Positions 58,220 through 60,139 of a DNA stretch of 60,139 nucleotides are shown here, piece by piece (positions within the stretch are counted from its first letter, which is position 1; the number at the start of each line of letters is the position of its first letter). The stretch is from Oceanispirochaeta sp. (lineage in GTDB: Bacteria; Spirochaetota; Spirochaetia; DSM-2461). The notes under the pieces were generated by a model, which saw only the letters and a program-made list of their open reading frames with translations, did no database searches and was not told where the DNA came from. A program made the position numbers and the translations under genes. The stretch lies in the NCBI RefSeq assembly GCF_027859075.1, contig NZ_JAQIBL010000003.1, positions 1 to 60,139 of the forward strand, given 5' to 3'.

Positions 58220-59095
58220 CTAGTAATTTGAATGTATTTTACCATGGATTAAAACATCCTTGGAATCCTTGATAAACTCCTGAAGAGATCGGGGATTCCT
58301 TCCCAGAAGTATTTGTGAGGTAGGAGTAGTTACATCCCCCCGTCCCAGGCGGACTACAGTATAAAGGACCAGCATCACAAGAATCATTCCCAGCTTTCTA
58401 CTCTTTTTCAGATGATAAGAGATAAAATGAATAGGACCGGGACTGATGAAATGGATAGGCTGACCCAGTTCATTGGAGAGATGCTCTGCGATTTCTCTGT
58501 GAGAGTAGCTGAGCATCCCGGTGATTGTATATGCTTTACCGATATGTCCGGTCTGCACAAAGATCCGAGCAGCGATTTCCCCGATATCACGAACATCGAT
58601 GAAGTTGGTTTTCCCCTCCCCGGAAGGCACAAAAAGACACTTTTCATCCCGGATTTCAAGAAGATGAGTGGTCGTCAGATTCTGCATAAAGAAACTGGGA
58701 CGGAGGATCGTATAAGGGATCTCAAGGGACATCAGATACTGCTCCACCTTGTGATGGGGAATTATTTTATTCCCTTCTGCCCCCTGTACAGAGAGAAAAA
58801 CCACCTGCCTGACATTCCGGGACTTCAAATGATTCAAAAAGGGAAGCATATCCCTTTTGATATGGGAGATATGAGGAGGTCTCATCAGAAAGACCCTGTC
58901 CACACCTTCCAGACAGGGTTCCCAGGTAGTCTGATCAGTAAAATCAAAGGACCGCCACTCCACCCCTTCCCGGGCTTCTGGATTTTTAAAAAGGGATTTT
59001 CCGCCGATGACAGAAACTCCGCTTTTCAGGAGATATTTGACTACTTCAGAACCTACATTCCCCGTCGCACCTGTGACGAATATTTTAAAGTTCAT
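58220..59095 (-). CDS. NmrA-like / atypical SDR NAD(P)H-binding protein
   Basis: VTGATGNVG, PHHKVE, LRPSFFMQN and IDVRDIG motifs. Confidence 0.88.
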   Translation of the reverse strand: MNFKIFVTGATGNVGSEVVKYLLKSGVSVIGGKSLFKNPEAREGVEWRSFDFTDQTTWEPCLEGVDRVFLMRPPHISHIKRDMLPFLNHLKSRNVRQVVFLSVQGAEGNKIIPHHKVEQYLMSLEIPYTILRPSFFMQNLTTTHLLEIRDEKCLFVPSGEGKTNFIDVRDIGEIAARIFVQTGHIGKAYTITGMLSYSHREIAEHLSNELGQPIHFISPGPIHFISYHLKKSRKLGMILVMLVLYTVVRLGRGDVTTPTSQILLGRNPRSLQEFIKDSKDVLIHGKIHSNY

Positions 59096-59186
59096 TTCTC
59101 TTCTCAACCCTCAAAGATCTTCACTAAAGATAAAAGCAATTTAATTGTAAACTTTGTCACAGATATGAAAAAAGATCACTTTAAAT

Positions 59187-60139
59187 CACAGCTGTCCAAG
59201 ATAATTTGAAAGGGGTTTTATAAAGCCGAAATCCAATATATATTAATGGTGACTAAACGCATACATATAAAGGAAATCGGCTATGAGTCATCAGAATACA
59301 ACTTTTCAGCAACTTCTTCAATTAATAACGAGACATGATTTTGAAAAATGGGTAAAGAAGCACCGCGGAGAGGCCTACACCAAGGGATTCAGTTGTTGGA
59401 GTCATTTTACTTCGATGCTATTTGGGCAGTTAAGTTCACAAAAAGGTTTGAGGGGAATTGAATCAGGTTTATCCATGAATAAAAATAATTTTTATCATCT
59501 AGGAATAGGCGCGGTAAAACGCTCAACGCTCTCATATGCTAATAATAACAGGCCACATGAAATCTATCAGGATTTATTTTATTCCTTACTTGGCAGACTG
59601 CATAACAATAAGAAAAAGCATAAATTTAAATTCAAAAACCCTCTCTACAGTATTGATGCATCAACCATTGATCTATGCCTGAATATATTTCCATGGGCGA
59701 ACTTCAGACAGAATAAAGGTGGGATTAAGTTGCATGTCAAACTGGATCATTCCGGTTATATCCCTTCCTTTGTCTCTGTTACAGATGCCAAAGTGCATGA
59801 GATGAATGCAATACGAGAAATGCCAAGGAAAAAAGGAGACATTTTTGTATTTGATAGAGGCTATAACGATTACAAAGAGTTTTCAAAGTATTGTAAGGAA
59901 GGGATTTACTTTGTTACAAGGATAAAACGGAATGCAGCATATCAGGTGTTAAAAGAATGTGATGTTAATAAATATGAGAATATTGGATTTGATAAATACA
60001 TCAAGATGACCGGAATAAAAACAGGGAAGGAGTGTACTCAGAGATTGAGAATCGTGGAAAGCTTTGATCCTGATACAGACAATACCATAGTACTTTTGAC
60101 AAATCATTTTTCCTGGTCTCCTGAAACAATTGCTGGGAT
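59187..60139 (+). mobile_element. IS4-family insertion sequence (left end; truncated by the window end)
   Basis: Candidate terminal IR CACAGCTGTCCAA at 59187; AT-rich; transposase ORF follows. Confidence 0.85.
59283..60139 (+). CDS. IS4 family DDE transposase (DUF4372 N-terminus), partial
   Basis: Not in ORF track (no stop in window). MSHQNTTFQQLL...MLFGQL...LRGIE...RSTLSYANNNR...IDASTI...GGIKLH...FDRGY...FVTR...LLTN. Confidence 0.92.
   Translation, partial: MSHQNTTFQQLLQLITRHDFEKWVKKHRGEAYTKGFSCWSHFTSMLFGQLSSQKGLRGIESGLSMNKNNFYHLGIGAVKRSTLSYANNNRPHEIYQDLFYSLLGRLHNNKKKHKFKFKNPLYSIDASTIDLCLNIFPWANFRQNKGGIKLHVKLDHSGYIPSFVSVTDAKVHEMNAIREMPRKKGDIFVFDRGYNDYKEFSKYCKEGIYFVTRIKRNAAYQVLKECDVNKYENIGFDKYIKMTGIKTGKECTQRLRIVESFDPDTDNTIVLLTNHFSWSPETIAG

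Noticed and set aside
1-60139. CRISPR arrays, tRNA/rRNA, riboswitches, prophage or defence systems
   Set aside because: No spaced direct repeats, structural RNA signatures or such genes were recognised by eye; an Rfam/Infernal scan would be needed to exclude small RNAs.

Overview
About 60 kb of bacterial chromosome, most likely an anaerobic Spirochaetaceae. This is inferred from the 'MKK...FAxGQxE' solute-binding-protein leaders and the YesM/YesN-type regulators. The window is a carbohydrate-catabolism island. It runs from a partial uxuA through a TRAP transporter with a two-component system and a cytoplasmic cluster for uronic/sulfated glycans (sulfatase, SGNH esterase, heparinase II/III-like lyase, divergent GH88/105-like hydrolase, RraA aldolase, several dehydrogenases and an unknown alpha/alpha-toroid protein). 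Next come an electron-confurcating LctBCD-type lactate dehydrogenase/ETF operon and a FadR-type regulon (sugar ABC, sulfatase, second GH105-like protein, URO-D-like protein, plus SDR/DHDPS/enolase-superfamily genes). The last part holds kdgK-eda with an IclR regulator, a three-component sensor plus ribose-type ABC transporter whose only intact enzyme is a URO-D/MtaA-like protein, and the left end of an IS4 element. Things the ORF track misses include at least seven gene remnants or fusion scars, an AraC gene with a probable non-AUG start, about eight candidate leaderless genes, shared operator motifs, and four URO-D/MtaA-like genes or remnants. All product calls come from motif recognition by eye; no database searches were run.
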